Below are positions 48,804-60,010 of a DNA stretch of 64,000 nt, piece by piece. Position 1 is the first letter of the stretch. Each line of letters begins with the position of its first letter. The notes under the pieces were generated by a model. That model searched no databases. It had not been told where the DNA came from and saw nothing but the letters and a program-made list of their open reading frames with translations. The DNA is from an uncultured Veillonellaceae bacterium (GTDB lineage Bacteria > Bacillota > Negativicutes > JARBTT01), in NCBI GenBank assembly GCA_963805085.1, contig CAWDTA010000002.1:1344001-1408000 (forward strand), read 5' to 3'. The translations under genes and the position numbers were made by a program.

Positions 48804-49403
48804 TTACACATAAATAAATGCTTTTGTCCGAATATCTTGTAACTGACTATATAAATTTTTCCCTGGACAGAGCGTATCATAATTAAGATCTTTATGTCCA
48901 CGCACTGTTGATTTATTTGGTGTTAATCTATATGTATTACATAAATCAGCGATCAAACATGCGGCTGATTCGATTTGTTCAGGTTTGGGTGTAGCTATTT
49001 CGAAATTACCAACTAAATTAATACCGATTGACGTTTGGTTATGCCCATATGAATGTGCACCAATCGTATCGCGCGGGCGACCTCGTTCAATCGTTCCATC
49101 TTTACGGATAACGTAATGATAGCCTATTCCAGCCCAACCATTAGCAAGATGCCATTTATGTATTTCTTCAGAGGATACATCAACATCAGTATTTCCAACA
49201 TGATGTATAATAATAAGATTCGTTTTAAATCGATTTTTCAACGGTTGGACGAATTTTAAATTTGTTTCTTTGATTTCCAATTTGGAACTAAGTTCAGCGG
49301 CCGACAAACTTGCAAAAGCCTTAGAAACTTGGAATAAATCTTGTCCAAGATATAATGCGCTATAAGTATAGAAAGTTTTATATAAAAATGTTCTTCGATT
49401 CAT
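48804..49403 (-). CDS. N-acetylmuramoyl-L-alanine amidase (Amidase_2/PGRP-like) with Tat-like leader
   Basis: 'IIIHH', 'GWAGIGYHYVIRKDG', 'GAH', 'GHKD...T.CPG'. Confidence 0.9.
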   Translation of the reverse strand: MNRRTFLYKTFYTYSALYLGQDLFQVSKAFASLSAAELSSKLEIKETNLKFVQPLKNRFKTNLIIIHHVGNTDVDVSSEEIHKWHLANGWAGIGYHYVIRKDGTIERGRPRDTIGAHSYGHNQTSIGINLVGNFEIATPKPEQIESAACLIADLCNTYRLTPNKSTVRGHKDLNYDTLCPGKNLYSQLQDIRTKAFIYV

Positions 49404-49814
49404 CTAAAATTCCTCAATTTAATAAAATATGTTTAATTATCTTATCAAGCTTTCATTCATAGTAGTGTTACATAGACATGTTATTACATAATGCTATAAT
49501 TGTATAGTAGTAGATATTAAATGGATAAAATTTCAATCACAATCCTAAAGATTGAGAATGAGGGGGAAATGAATAGTTCTAAAAGATTATAAAGTAATAT
49601 TGTGAAATTTATATAACAAAAAAGGTGCCTATCTCAACGTCGAGATAAGCACCTGGATTTCTCAGTTTAAATGATTTGTCTTAGCAGGGAAAATTCTTGT
49701 TTACAATTTATTGAGCGTTTTATCCGTAATTTTAGTAATCATTTTTTTATCCGTTTTCTTTTTAATAGTCAAATAAGAACCCGGTAAAGTGCGATTTAAT
49801 CACAAGGCTGACTC

Positions 49815-50255
49815 CTATTTATCTTTAGCTGCTAATATTCTTTCTAGTGCTTCTTGAAACCGTATATCATCGTTAGCTGTTCGTTTTTGTGGCCCTTTAG
49901 TTCGTCCACCGCTACGGCGTAGTTTTGCTTTTATTTCTCGTTCTTCTAGCAAGAAGTCCATTTTATTTGCATCATATTGTATCCCCAAAGGGCTTAAACA
50001 ATCAGCCTTCTTACTTAAAACCATAGCTGCGAGACCCCAGTCTTGTGTAATTACGACATCATGTACTTTGGTCATATTTATTACCTTCAGGTCAGCTTCT
50101 TGTGAATTGTTGTCTACGGTTATATGATATTTATTTTCAATATTATGGTTGAAACTTGCTACAGTATAAACCTCTACTTTATGTTTATTACCTAATAACT
50201 TACATATTTCTAAAACATGTTTAGGGCATGCATCCGCATCAATGATTATTTTCAT
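49815..50255 (-). CDS. YaiI/YqxD (DUF188) family protein
   Basis: '[11 protein letters not shown]', 'EADL', 'TQDWGLA'. Confidence 0.9.
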   Translation of the reverse strand: MKIIIDADACPKHVLEICKLLGNKHKVEVYTVASFNHNIENKYHITVDNNSQEADLKVINMTKVHDVVITQDWGLAAMVLSKKADCLSPLGIQYDANKMDFLLEEREIKAKLRRSGGRTKGPQKRTANDDIRFQEALERILAAKDK

Positions 50256-50399
50256 GATTACCTCTACTTTATTTACTAACATAATTATATACATTAATTC
50301 TACACTAAAATAAGTATTACCTTTAGTGATTGGCACCCAATCCTAACTAACTTAAAAAAATAAATACCGCTAGTAAGGCAATAAAGCATTCAGTAATCT

Positions 50400-50726
50400 T
50401 TATTCATAACGGGGAGGATAAGCCCCAAATTGACGCGAATAGAGCAGTGTCAATAATTGATGATTCTGACGGGTAAGGGATTGGATTTCATTTATCGCAA
50501 GTGCATGTTGTTTCATGATTTCGCGCATTTCTTCAACCTCAAGTCTAGTCATTTGGCAGAGTTCATTTGTGTAGATAGAATTAACGTACGGATACCAATA
50601 CATCCGGTATTCCCTCCCTATATCATTATATTCCCAATCTTCATATGAGGCAGGAAGTCGATTGGTTGTAGCTGGTGGCTTTTGGGGAGCTGAGTCAGTG
50701 GAAGTAAAAATTTCTTCATGCCACAT
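50400..50726 (-). CDS. Hypothetical protein (possibly spore-associated)
   Basis: 108-aa ORF with AGAGGTG SD; Y/P-rich. Confidence 0.55.
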   Translation of the reverse strand: MWHEEIFTSTDSAPQKPPATTNRLPASYEDWEYNDIGREYRMYWYPYVNSIYTNELCQMTRLEVEEMREIMKQHALAINEIQSLTRQNHQLLTLLYSRQFGAYPPRYE

Positions 50727-50889
50727 TTATACAGAACACCTCTATTTTTTCTATAATATGTGTAATGGTTAGAATTTGTGAAAGATGAGCCTTGAAATGC
50801 AATGAGATACTTACTATATCTAGAAAATGATATAAGTTTATTTGTTTGTAGTATGGGAACATATTTTAGCCTGTTAGCAGCCGCTCAAG

Positions 50890-51123
50890 CAGTGTTTGTT
50901 TCGCAAATGACGTTGACGAATGTATGGGCTATAAGGAAAGATTGGTTGTATCAGATAAAAAAATATTGAAATATTTAATCAAAATTGGCATAACAAATAT
51001 AAGTCAATTACAGCAACTGAACAAAGAGCGAAGGGACGATGTTTTACGAAATATTAATGAGATAGAAGGCATTTCGATAAGGTAATTGGCGGAATATCAA
51101 GAAGTGTATTTGATGGAATATAG
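50890..51123 (+). pseudogene. C-terminal remnant of a REP-associated tyrosine transposase (RAYT)
   Basis: Translates '...SQLQQLNKERRDDVLRNINEIEGISIR*LA/GISRSV', like Firmicute RAYT C-terminal HTHs; has a stop and a frameshift and abuts a REP. Confidence 0.6.
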
Positions 51124-51124
51124 T

Positions 51125-51142
51125 GGGACAGGAAACCTGTCC
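51125..51142. repeat. REP left half (interrupted by the IS) including the 9-bp TSD AACCTGTCC
   Basis: GGGACAGGAAACCTGTCC; the remainder AACCTGTCCCCGTGTCCC is at 52803-52820. Confidence 0.75.
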
Positions 51143-52802
51143 GAAACCACTGAAAAATGACCATTTTTTAAGTCACTAGAATATTCTTATATTTTATAAT
51201 TGTCTGATGGACATTATTTTCCGAAATTTGGAGTAAATATTCGAAGAAAAAGGATACTAGCGCTGCTATCCTTTTCAAGTTCACTGCCAAAGCTGTAAGC
51301 TTGGCTTGCAGACTCATACTTTTTAGACCATACCCTCGGGCACGGTCTAATCCATGAAAGCGTTTCATTTCGCCATTTTTCCATTCATGGCTGGCACGTT
51401 TTTTATATTTCTCCTTAAACTCGGGTGTCTTTGTTCGTTGATTATGTTCATAATAGTCAGCTGTATTAATTCCAACATCTAAACGTTTTACAGATGCTTT
51501 TTTGCCAGCACATTCTACTCTATTGGGACAATCTTTACACATAACCTTATCAAATTTATACTTTAGAATTTCTTGTCCCCAGCTACTCTTGCCATGTTTT
51601 TTTGCTATCGTATGATTTCCCATTATACAAAACCACTGGTCGCTATCCTTGTTATAACTGAATTTACTCTCGTCAATTTTGTATACTGACGCACTTACGG
51701 GGATAATTGGCTCCACATTGTCTGCCTTTAAAATATCAAGTATCGGTTTACGAAAATATGCTTTGTCACCATAGGCTTCTTTTATATTAATTCCACATTC
51801 TTTACTTCGATTATATAATTCGCCAAACTTATTTCCATCTACATAAGCACCATCACACGTTTCTATAGCCATAATAATACGTTCTTCTGGTATCATTGTA
51901 AATTCAACTTTATAACCATAAAAACTATCCGTTTTTGATTTATACCCTACACGAGCGTCTTTATCAACAAGTGAGCGTAAGCCTTTTTGTATGATAAACT
52001 TTTCATCGCTTAGTATCTCTTTTGCTTGGACTATCGCTTTTGAAGTTTTTGGCATGGTCGAGATATCAACGTTATTTTCGACTTCTGTCATCATGCTTTC
52101 CAAAAGTTTTCATCATTTCCTTAGCTTCTTTATGATCCACTATTCCCTTATAATCGGGGATAGTGGTATTTATCTCAGGCGATATTTCTCCTGATTCTTC
52201 TTTTATATTTTTAAATATTTTCTTGGCCAAATGTTTCATAATCCGTTCTGGGACTAGCTTCATTGTATTGGCTTTTGCATGAGTGGCGTCAATTGTTAAT
52301 CCTGTCCCTTTAATAAGGCCATTTTCGATACATTGGTGTACGACTTCCGTAATAATATTATCAACACTAGTATCTTTGAGTCGCTGTGTTCTGAATTTTG
52401 CAAGTAAGCTTGCATCAGGTAAATCTTCATCTGGGTTGATACCAATAAACCACATATATGCAAGATTCAAAGAGGCTTCTTCTATGACTTTTACATCTGA
52501 TAAATTATACAAATATTGCAATATGAGAAGTTTCGCCATCATTTCAGGTTCCTTTGCTGGACGACCAAAATGCTTGCTGTAGGAGCCTTCAAGTAATTTA
52601 TTTATAAAACTGAAATCTACTACTTTATCTATGCTTTTAAGTAAGTGATCATCGGGTATTTTATCATATAAAATTGAATATAAACTTAATTGTTTCGATG
52701 TAGATTTAAGCATACTAAACCCCACTTTCTCAATATATACAATATGTTTATTATACCAAAAATGGGGTATATTTGATATAGTTTGACTTTTTCAGTGGTT
52801 TC
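51143..52802 (-). mobile_element. IS1182-family insertion sequence (1660 bp)
   Basis: Perfect 15-bp terminal IRs GAAACCACTGAAAAA, 9-bp TSD AACCTGTCC, DDE transposase inside. Confidence 0.88.
51168..52713 (-). pseudogene. IS1182-family transposase, split by a frameshift near 52105
   Basis: ORF1 'IPDDHLL..ID...GRPAKEPEMM..LL.LQYLYNLSD...IDATH'; ORF2 'DKDARVG.K', 'GDKAY', 'E.KNGEMKRFHGL...NLKRI'. Confidence 0.85.
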
Positions 52803-52854
52803 AACCTGTCCCCGTGTCCCATATACTAACGGATTAATTAGAGGAGGATATATT

Positions 52855-53980
52855 ATGAAAATTTCAAAGAAAGATGCGTTGATATGGTTTGAATTTTTTT
52901 CGCTATTGCCTGAGGAAGAGGAACTTATGACAAAACAACAAGAAATCATTTACTGCTACCTTTGCGCAAATTGAGGCAGCGATTGATCATAGAAATGATA
53001 CGTTAATGTCGGAAATTAGAGGTTTGAAAACTTTGGAGAATAGAACTTTTTTTGTGGGAAATGAAAACAAATTCCCAAAAGGATGTCGTTCTTGTCTGTT
53101 GGGCACTGGTTTGAGTGCAATTAGGAAAACGAACAAATGTAACATAGAGTGTAAGTTCTGTTATAATTATGGAGAACTAGAAGATATTCCTCCGGTTGGC
53201 GAAGGTATGTGGGAAATTGGAGGCACAAAATTTTATGAGAAGGATATTGATTTACTTCTTTCCATCCACCAGAAACCCACTGGCATTTCCTACGTTTATT
53301 TAGAGCCATTCATGGAAATTGAAAAATACTATTCGGTAATAAAGAAATTTAGTGATGCTCAGATTCATCAACATCTATATACAAATGGCACTTTAGCTAC
53401 GGAAGAGACATTGAAAGCATTAGGTGAAGCCGGTCTTAACGAGATACGTTTCAACCTGGGTGCTTCTAAGTGTTCAGACAAAGTTATTGAAAATATTGGA
53501 ATAGCGAAAAAATATATTAAAAATGTAGGTATTGAAACTCCAATGACTCCTGAGTTTTTCGAAGCTTTTTTTAAGAAAAAGCAAGCGATCTTAGAGACAA
53601 AACTCGATTTTATCAATTGTGCAGAATTACATTTAAATGAGAATAACATAGACAATTATTATGGGGAAAATATGTATATTTCCAGACATGGCTATATATC
53701 TCCAATTTGGAGTAGGGAATTAACTCTGAAATTCATGAAAATAGCCGATGAAGAAAAGTGGGATTTAGTAGTTCATGATTGCTCAAACTATACAAAATTT
53801 GCCAGAGATTTAAATTTGAGCAGCAAAGAGGGTAAGTGGTTCGGAGCCAGTAATTATGCCTGTGAGTTTTCCAGGATTCCATACGAAGTATTTTTACCAA
53901 TACTGCGTGATGACAATTTCAAATTTTTAAGTGAAGAAGAATTGCCTGACGGCTATAAACCAGGAGAGCTGATTTTTTAG
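52855..53980 (+). pseudogene. Radical SAM protein with a +1 frameshift near 52954 (pseudogene or sequencing error)
   Basis: GAGGAGG SD + ATG 52855. Removing one base in TACTGCTACC joins MKISKKDALIWF... to ...YATFAQIEAAID..MSEIRG. CNIECKFC motif. Confidence 0.75.
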
Positions 53981-54040
53981 AGCGTCTTGTCAATTACGAG
54001 TGTTGTATTAAAAAATTAGCCATTCAGTGGCATGTTAAGA

Positions 54041-54284
54041 GGGACAAGGGGACAGGTTCTCTGTCCCAAGATGAAAAAATGTTATACTGTTATTGGGGTG
54101 GTATAATGCCGAGATAAGCAAGGGAAAAAAGCCGAACCAGAATATATCATCTAATGTTTAGGGGAATTAATAAGCAAAATATATTTGAAGACGAAGAGGA
54201 GAGAAAAAAATTTTAGAAACGCTAAAATATTAAAAAAGTGTAATTAATGGAATATAGTGGCGCGGAGAACCTGTCCCCGCGTCC
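54041..54284 (+). mobile_element. Internally deleted RAYT remnant flanked by REPs (MITE-like), copy 1
   Basis: GGGACAAGGGGACAGGTTCTCTGTCCC ... MPR*AREKSRTRIYHLMFRGINKQNIFEDEE ... AACCTGTCCCCGCGTCC. Confidence 0.7.
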
Positions 54285-54380
54285 GATAAATAAAAAGTAT
54301 TAGCGTAATGTTGATGCTTTTTTTGTACATACTAATTAGGAGAGTGCGATGTAATCAAACTGATTTTGAGGGGTGATTTC

Positions 54381-54552
54381 GTGGACAATAAGCCAAATAA
54401 GTTAATCAATGAAAAATCTCCATATCTCCTGCAACATGCTTATAACCCATAGATTGGTACCCTTGGTGTCCTGCAGCATTTGAAAAGGCGAAGCAGGAAG
54501 ATAAGCCAGTATTCTTAAGTATCGGATATTCAACATGTCATTGGTGCCATGT
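54381..54552 (+). pseudogene. Truncated, frameshifted 5' copy of the YyaL-like gene
   Basis: Same sequence as 56224-56396 with a 1-bp deletion; homology breaks off after the CHWCH codons. Confidence 0.8.
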
Positions 54553-54722
54553 TTCCAAAGGTTACATTTTATGTCTATATTGCAAAAGTAACCTTGCTTA
54601 TACTGGCAAGGGCATTAGTATTTAATTTTATAAAAATGGGGTAATTTTTTTGTCTATTTGCTAGCCAATATTCATGTTGCTATCAATGGTGCAGGTCAAC
54701 ATACTTTGGAGTGGTACTTAGT

Positions 54723-55058
54723 TTAGTCGCTTGACGAAGGCATATATTTTGTTCCCCACTCGGACATGAGCTGAAATAGTGGAATTAACGTTTCCCCTTT
54801 TTGGGTCAATGAATATTCCACTTTAGGCGGTATTTGGTGATATTCTTCTCGATGAATCAACTGTTCAGATTCTAGTTCTTTGAGTTGTTGACTTAACATC
54901 TTATGAGTGATAGGTGGTATGCTTTTTTTTAGTTGACCATATCTTTGCAGTCCATTGTGAAACAATGAGGCCAGTATAATCCACTTCCATTTGCCTCCAA
55001 TAACGGATAAGGTATATAGAAGGGGCTTGCCACATTCATTCATTGAGCAATTCATCAT
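54723..55058 (-). CDS. HxlR family winged-helix regulator
   Basis: 'IGGKWKWIIL', 'ITHKMLSQQLKELE', 'PPKVEYSLT'. Confidence 0.92.
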   Translation of the reverse strand: MMNCSMNECGKPLLYTLSVIGGKWKWIILASLFHNGLQRYGQLKKSIPPITHKMLSQQLKELESEQLIHREEYHQIPPKVEYSLTQKGETLIPLFQLMSEWGTKYMPSSSD

Positions 55059-55177
55059 AACGCTCTCCTTTTGTATAGTATCTACCTTTAAAGTGCATAC
55101 TTTACTTTATGCTAAAACTATATACAATTAAGAGAGAGAAATCAAGTAAATAAGATCTAAAATATGGAGGTATAGTT

Positions 55178-55834
55178 ATGAAAATAATAGCGATAAACGG
55201 AAGCCCAAGAAAAAAATGGAATACGGCAACGCTACTCAATAAAGCAATGGAAGGTGCAGTTACGCAAGGAGCAGAGACGGAACTTATACATCTTTATGAT
55301 CTCAACTACAAAGGATGTATCAGCTGCTTTGCTTGTAAAAGCAAAGGTGGTAAAAGTTATGGTAAGTGTCCAATACAGGATGATCTAGCACCGATTTTCA
55401 AAAAAGTGGAGGAAGCAGATGCCATTATATTAGGGTCTCCAATTTATATGGGAAGGGTTACTGGCGAGATGGCAGCCTTCATGGACCGTTTTGTTTTTCA
55501 ATATTCAGTTTATAGTGATCCTCCACAATCACTTTTTCCTAAAAAAATTAATACAGGCTTTATCTACACAATGAATGCAACAGAGGAACAGATGAAAGCA
55601 ATGGACTATGATCACCACTTTGTTATTAATGAAAATATGTTGCAACGTATATTCGGGGTTTCAGAGTATCTCCTTAGTTTTGATACGTACCAATTTGAGG
55701 ATTACTCAAAGGTGGTTGCAACAAGGTTTGATCCTGAGAAGAAAGCTAAGAGGCGAGAAGAAGTATTTCCCGATGATTGTAAAAAGGCATTTGAAATGGG
55801 GGCTAGGCTTGTAACCGAGAAGTTTGAATCATGA
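55178..55834 (+). CDS. Flavodoxin / iron-sulfur flavoprotein (NADPH-dependent FMN reductase family)
   Basis: 'INGSPRKKWNT', 'GCISCFACK...C', 'GSPIY'. Confidence 0.9.
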   Translation: MKIIAINGSPRKKWNTATLLNKAMEGAVTQGAETELIHLYDLNYKGCISCFACKSKGGKSYGKCPIQDDLAPIFKKVEEADAIILGSPIYMGRVTGEMAAFMDRFVFQYSVYSDPPQSLFPKKINTGFIYTMNATEEQMKAMDYDHHFVINENMLQRIFGVSEYLLSFDTYQFEDYSKVVATRFDPEKKAKRREEVFPDDCKKAFEMGARLVTEKFES

Positions 55835-55882
55835 TATTTGAAAAATGAGTGGTCTCAGGGAGGCTTCTTGGTTCAAATTTAT

Positions 55883-56396
55883 GAGGGACAAGGGGACAGG
55901 TTCTCTGTCCCAAGATGAAAAAATGTTATACTGTTATTGGGGTGGTATAATGCCGAGATAAGCAAGGGAAAAAAGCCGAACCAGAATATATCATCTAATG
56001 CTTAGGGGAATTAATAAGCAAAATATATTTGAAGACGAAGAGGAGAGAAAAAATTTTAGAAGCGCTAAAATATTAAAAAAGTGTAATTAATGGAATATAG
56101 TGGCGCGGAGAACCTGTCCCCGCGTCCGATAAATAAAAAGTATTAGCGTAATGTTGATGCTTTTTTTGTACATACTAATTAGGAGCGTGCGATGTAATCA
56201 AACTGATTTTGAGGGGTGATTTCGTGGACAATAAGCCAAATAAGTTAATCAATGAAAAATCTCCATATCTCCTGCAACATGCCTATAACCCAGTAGATTG
56301 GTACCCTTGGTGTCCTGCAGCATTTGAAAAGGCGAAGCAGGAAGATAAGCCAGTATTCTTAAGTATCGGATATTCAACATGTCATTGGTGTCATGT
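55883..56396 (+). repeat. 514-bp direct repeat copy 2 (includes mini-RAYT copy 2 and the intact gene start)
   Basis: See copy 1; offset 1844 bp. Confidence 0.9.
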
Positions 56397-58290
56397 CATG
56401 GAAAGAGAATCATTTGAGGCTGAAGAAGTCGCCGAAATCCTGAATCGTGATTATGTGTCAATTAAGGTAGATCGGGAGGAACGTCCAGATATTGATCATA
56501 TCTATATGAAGGCTTGTCAGCTCCTTACAGGACGAGGGGGCTGGCCACTTACGATTTTGATGACGGCTGATAGAAAGCCATTTTTCGCAGGTACTTATTT
56601 TTCAAAAACCAATCAGCATGGACGCATTGGTTTGATAGAGCTCTTGGCAAAGATAGCTGTGGCATGGAAATCGAATCGGAGTTCTCTATTAGAACATAGT
56701 GATGTACTTACAAAAGCCGTACAAGAAACATCCTTAGAAAGTGGTGTGGGTCAATTATCGGAGAATTTATTACATCAAGCTTATGCAAATATAGAAGATA
56801 GTTTTGATGTAACTTATGGGGGCTTTGCCGAAGCACCTAAATTTCCGACGCCACATAATTTGATGTTTTTAATGAGGTATTATCATAAGACGAAAAAAAT
56901 GGAAGCGCTTCAGATGGTGGAGAAGACACTTTCATCAATGCATGCGGGGGGCATTTATGATCATATTGGATATGGATTTGCCCGTTATTCAACAGATACA
57001 AAATGGATAGTTCCACATTTTGAAAAGATGCTTTATGATAATGCTCTGTGTATTATTGCCTATGCTGAAGCTTATCAAAGTACTGGAAAACGTGAATATG
57101 CACAGGTTACAGAAGAAATCATTGCATATGTAAAACGCGATATGACCGATGTCCTTGGCGGCTTTTATTCAGCAGAGGATGCTGATAGTGAAGGCATTGA
57201 AGGTAAGTTTTATGTTTTTTCCAAACAAGAGGTGCTAGATGCCTTGGGCGAAGCACAAGGGGAGCTGTTCTGTTCGTATTATGATATTACTGAGCAGGGC
57301 AATTTCATGGAGCAAAAAAATGTTATGAATTACATTGGTCATGATATTGATGATTTTGTCATAGAACATCGTTTAGTAAAAGATGACTTCATTGAATTGT
57401 TAAAGCAGGGGCGGGAAAAGCTATTCGTGCTTCGTAGAAGAAGAATTCCACCATATAAAGATGATAAGATTTTAACAGCTTGGAATGCGCTGATGATTGT
57501 AGCGCTATCAACAGCGGCAAGGGCTCTGCAGAATAAAGCATATGAAACAATGGCCCAAAAAGCCTTGAAGTTTATCTATGCAAGCTTATTTAAAGACAAT
57601 AGATTATTGGCACGTTATCGTGAAAACGAAGCAGAAATATTAGCGTATATAGATGACTATGCGTTTTTGCTATGGGCGCTGGTTGAACTATACGAAACGA
57701 CTTATGAGCCGGAATACTTAACAAAAGCAGAAGCGCTAGCGGGACAAATGAAAATACTATTTTACGATGATGATCAGGGCGGATTTTTCTTCACAGGTAG
57801 TGATGGGGAAGCCTTATTAATGCGCCATAAAGAGATTTATGATGGTGCAATACCATCGGGAAATTCTGTAGCTGCACTGGCGTTACAAAAGTTAGCAGGG
57901 TTAACCGAGAAAAAAGAGTACGAGCTGATTGCAAAAACTTTGTTAGAATTTTTTGTAGATGAGGTAGAGCAAAATCCTGATGCATATACTTTTTATTTAA
58001 TGGCACTTGATTATCATTTAACACCACCACAAAATTTAGTGGTTGCTGGTGATATTTATGATAAAAAATTGCAGTCGACACTAAGTAGAATTCAACGACA
58101 CTTTTTACCATATACCGCCGTATTAGTAAATGCGATTGATAAGGAAAATGAAATCAAAGCGATATTGCCACATATCAGTGATAAATTGCCGATTGAAAAG
58201 AAACCGACTGCTTATCTATGTAAAGACTTCCATTGTTTACCACCGATTACCGATGGAGATGTTTTAGAAGGAAAGTTAAGACAGTGTTAG
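56224..58290 (+). CDS. Thioredoxin-domain protein YyaL/SSP411 (DUF255) family
   Basis: '[21 protein letters not shown]', '[13 protein letters not shown]', '[11 protein letters not shown]'; GTG start after GAGGGGTG. Confidence 0.92.
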   Translation: MDNKPNKLINEKSPYLLQHAYNPVDWYPWCPAAFEKAKQEDKPVFLSIGYSTCHWCHVMERESFEAEEVAEILNRDYVSIKVDREERPDIDHIYMKACQLLTGRGGWPLTILMTADRKPFFAGTYFSKTNQHGRIGLIELLAKIAVAWKSNRSSLLEHSDVLTKAVQETSLESGVGQLSENLLHQAYANIEDSFDVTYGGFAEAPKFPTPHNLMFLMRYYHKTKKMEALQMVEKTLSSMHAGGIYDHIGYGFARYSTDTKWIVPHFEKMLYDNALCIIAYAEAYQSTGKREYAQVTEEIIAYVKRDMTDVLGGFYSAEDADSEGIEGKFYVFSKQEVLDALGEAQGELFCSYYDITEQGNFMEQKNVMNYIGHDIDDFVIEHRLVKDDFIELLKQGREKLFVLRRRRIPPYKDDKILTAWNALMIVALSTAARALQNKAYETMAQKALKFIYASLFKDNRLLARYRENEAEILAYIDDYAFLLWALVELYETTYEPEYLTKAEALAGQMKILFYDDDQGGFFFTGSDGEALLMRHKEIYDGAIPSGNSVAALALQKLAGLTEKKEYELIAKTLLEFFVDEVEQNPDAYTFYLMALDYHLTPPQNLVVAGDIYDKKLQSTLSRIQRHFLPYTAVLVNAIDKENEIKAILPHISDKLPIEKKPTAYLCKDFHCLPPITDGDVLEGKLRQC

Positions 58291-58711
58291 GCTATAATAA
58301 ATGAAGAAGAAGGCTCTTAGCTGATTTTTAGCTAGGAGCTTTCTTTCTAATCCTTGAATTAATAACCTGCATAAAGCTGAAATATTGGTCGATGATTTAT
58401 TTGTATATAGGAAGTTAGCGTGAAAAATAACAATAACATAGTCTTTTGCAACAGCTACAGCTCATACAAAATCAAGTCTAAACGTTTAGTTAAATCTTAT
58501 ATCAATTTGGCAGAAAGTGTTTCTGCGAAAATTTGTGATTTTAATATTAGAAAGATAATACACCAGTGTTAACAAGGAAAAGCTTGTTGAATGCAAAAAA
58601 AATTCTTTAAACTTCAAACTTTTTTCAAAGTAGTATTGTATAATATTTTAATATGGTAATTATTACTGTAATTGTTGTTGTCTAAAATATATAAGAAAGG
58701 AAATTTTTACT

Positions 58712-59623
58712 TTGAATAAATATATTAAAAAATGTCTATCTGTTATAAATAAGAGTTATGTTGCAAAACCATTATTAATTGCTTTTTTTTCAATTGTTAT
58801 TGCTTATTATCTACCAGATTTAACAGCAAATTTTATCGAAGAAGGACTGCCTGATTTTCCAGAGATTAAGCCCAATAAACTGGATTTATATAATCAGATT
58901 CACCTTTTTAGTATGGGATTCATTCTTATTTTCAGTTGTTCAATATCATTCTATGGAATGTATGGACTTATTCGTTATACGATGTTGCAAAAGCATCGGG
59001 GGAGAAGGAAACTTATTCTTGTTCTAGTTACATATATGTACATGATTATCGGCTTTGCTAATACCTACTTTTTAATTAGCTATGTTGGTGATGGCTATGA
59101 TGCGATAAATAAATTTAATAATTATTATAAGCTATCCCAAAATAAAGATACAAAGGATCTAATAATTCAAAAAGAGCTTCGTATATCAAATTCTAATGCT
59201 CTTTCGGGAATCCAAGATAAACTGTGGTCTGGGGTTGATACCAGAGAACAACTCCAACTTTGGAACTCTGGACTTTCTAAAGATATAGCGGAGCCGCTCC
59301 CAATTTCCATTATTTTAAAGGGGGTTGAATACCCTCAAACTCAGGTTATACGATACCTGCCGGACAATAAATCATCTGTATATGCCAATTGCCTATATTT
59401 TAGTACGATTACCATAGCCGCGTTAGGGTATGGGGATATTTTGCCGCAGTCTTATTTAGCTAAGCTGCTTGTCTGTTTAGAGACGATACTTGGACAATTA
59501 TTGCTAGCATTAGGGATTGCCAGCGCATATTCAGGAATCTCGAGCACAAGTAGGAATAAGCCTTCTGTAAAGCAAGCGGTAAATATAGATAGAATAACTG
59601 GTGGCTATAGTATTACAAAATAA
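58712..59623 (+). CDS. Potassium-channel (Ion_trans_2) domain membrane protein
   Basis: 'LYFSTITIAALGYGDILP' pore-like motif; several TM segments. Confidence 0.75.
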   Translation: MNKYIKKCLSVINKSYVAKPLLIAFFSIVIAYYLPDLTANFIEEGLPDFPEIKPNKLDLYNQIHLFSMGFILIFSCSISFYGMYGLIRYTMLQKHRGRRKLILVLVTYMYMIIGFANTYFLISYVGDGYDAINKFNNYYKLSQNKDTKDLIIQKELRISNSNALSGIQDKLWSGVDTREQLQLWNSGLSKDIAEPLPISIILKGVEYPQTQVIRYLPDNKSSVYANCLYFSTITIAALGYGDILPQSYLAKLLVCLETILGQLLLALGIASAYSGISSTSRNKPSVKQAVNIDRITGGYSITK

Positions 59624-59676
59624 ATTACCTAGTATCGATCCTGCCGTTAAATATAACTGCTTACTGAGTTGAAAAG

Positions 59677-59735
59677 GAAACGCCTACTGATTTCTATATG
59701 AATTCAATAGGTGTTCTGAGCTTTTATAAGAGAAA
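59677..59735 (+). repeat. Junction element copy 6
   Basis: CCTACTGATTT-CTATATG-AATTCAATAGG-TGTTCTGAGCTTTTATAAGAGAA. Confidence 0.65.
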
Positions 59736-59777
59736 AATTTATTCCTTTTTGCTACATAAAATATAAATATTAAAAGG

Positions 59778-59834
59778 AGGTTCCTGTTTAAATTTGTATA
59801 AATTTGGCAGAAATTTCAAACTTTTTTGAGAATA
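59778..59834 (+). repeat. Junction element copy 7
   Basis: CCTGTTTAAAT-TTGTATA-AATTTGGCAGA...TTTTTTGAGAATA. Confidence 0.6.
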
Positions 59835-60010
59835 GGTAAGTTTAATCTTAAAAATTTGATGGTGAGGTATTAGAAATATGTTTAGATATGTACATACCAA
59901 TATTATAGCGAAGGACAGTAAGAAATTAATAAACTTTTATAAAGATGCATTAAAATGGTAGTAGGCTAAGAAATTTGGTTTTGCGTACCGCTGAAAGAGG
60001 GGATTTTGAA

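Larger units (their letters stand above)
54039..54552 (+). repeat. 514-bp direct repeat copy 1 (REP + mini-RAYT + truncated 5' end of the YyaL-like gene)
   Basis: Nearly identical to 55883-56396 (a few SNPs, two 1-bp indels). Confidence 0.9.

Noticed and set aside
54553-54722. Possible gene remnant ('AINGAGQHTLE', DoxX-like C-terminus) after the truncated repeat
   Set aside because: Too short and degenerate to support without a database search.
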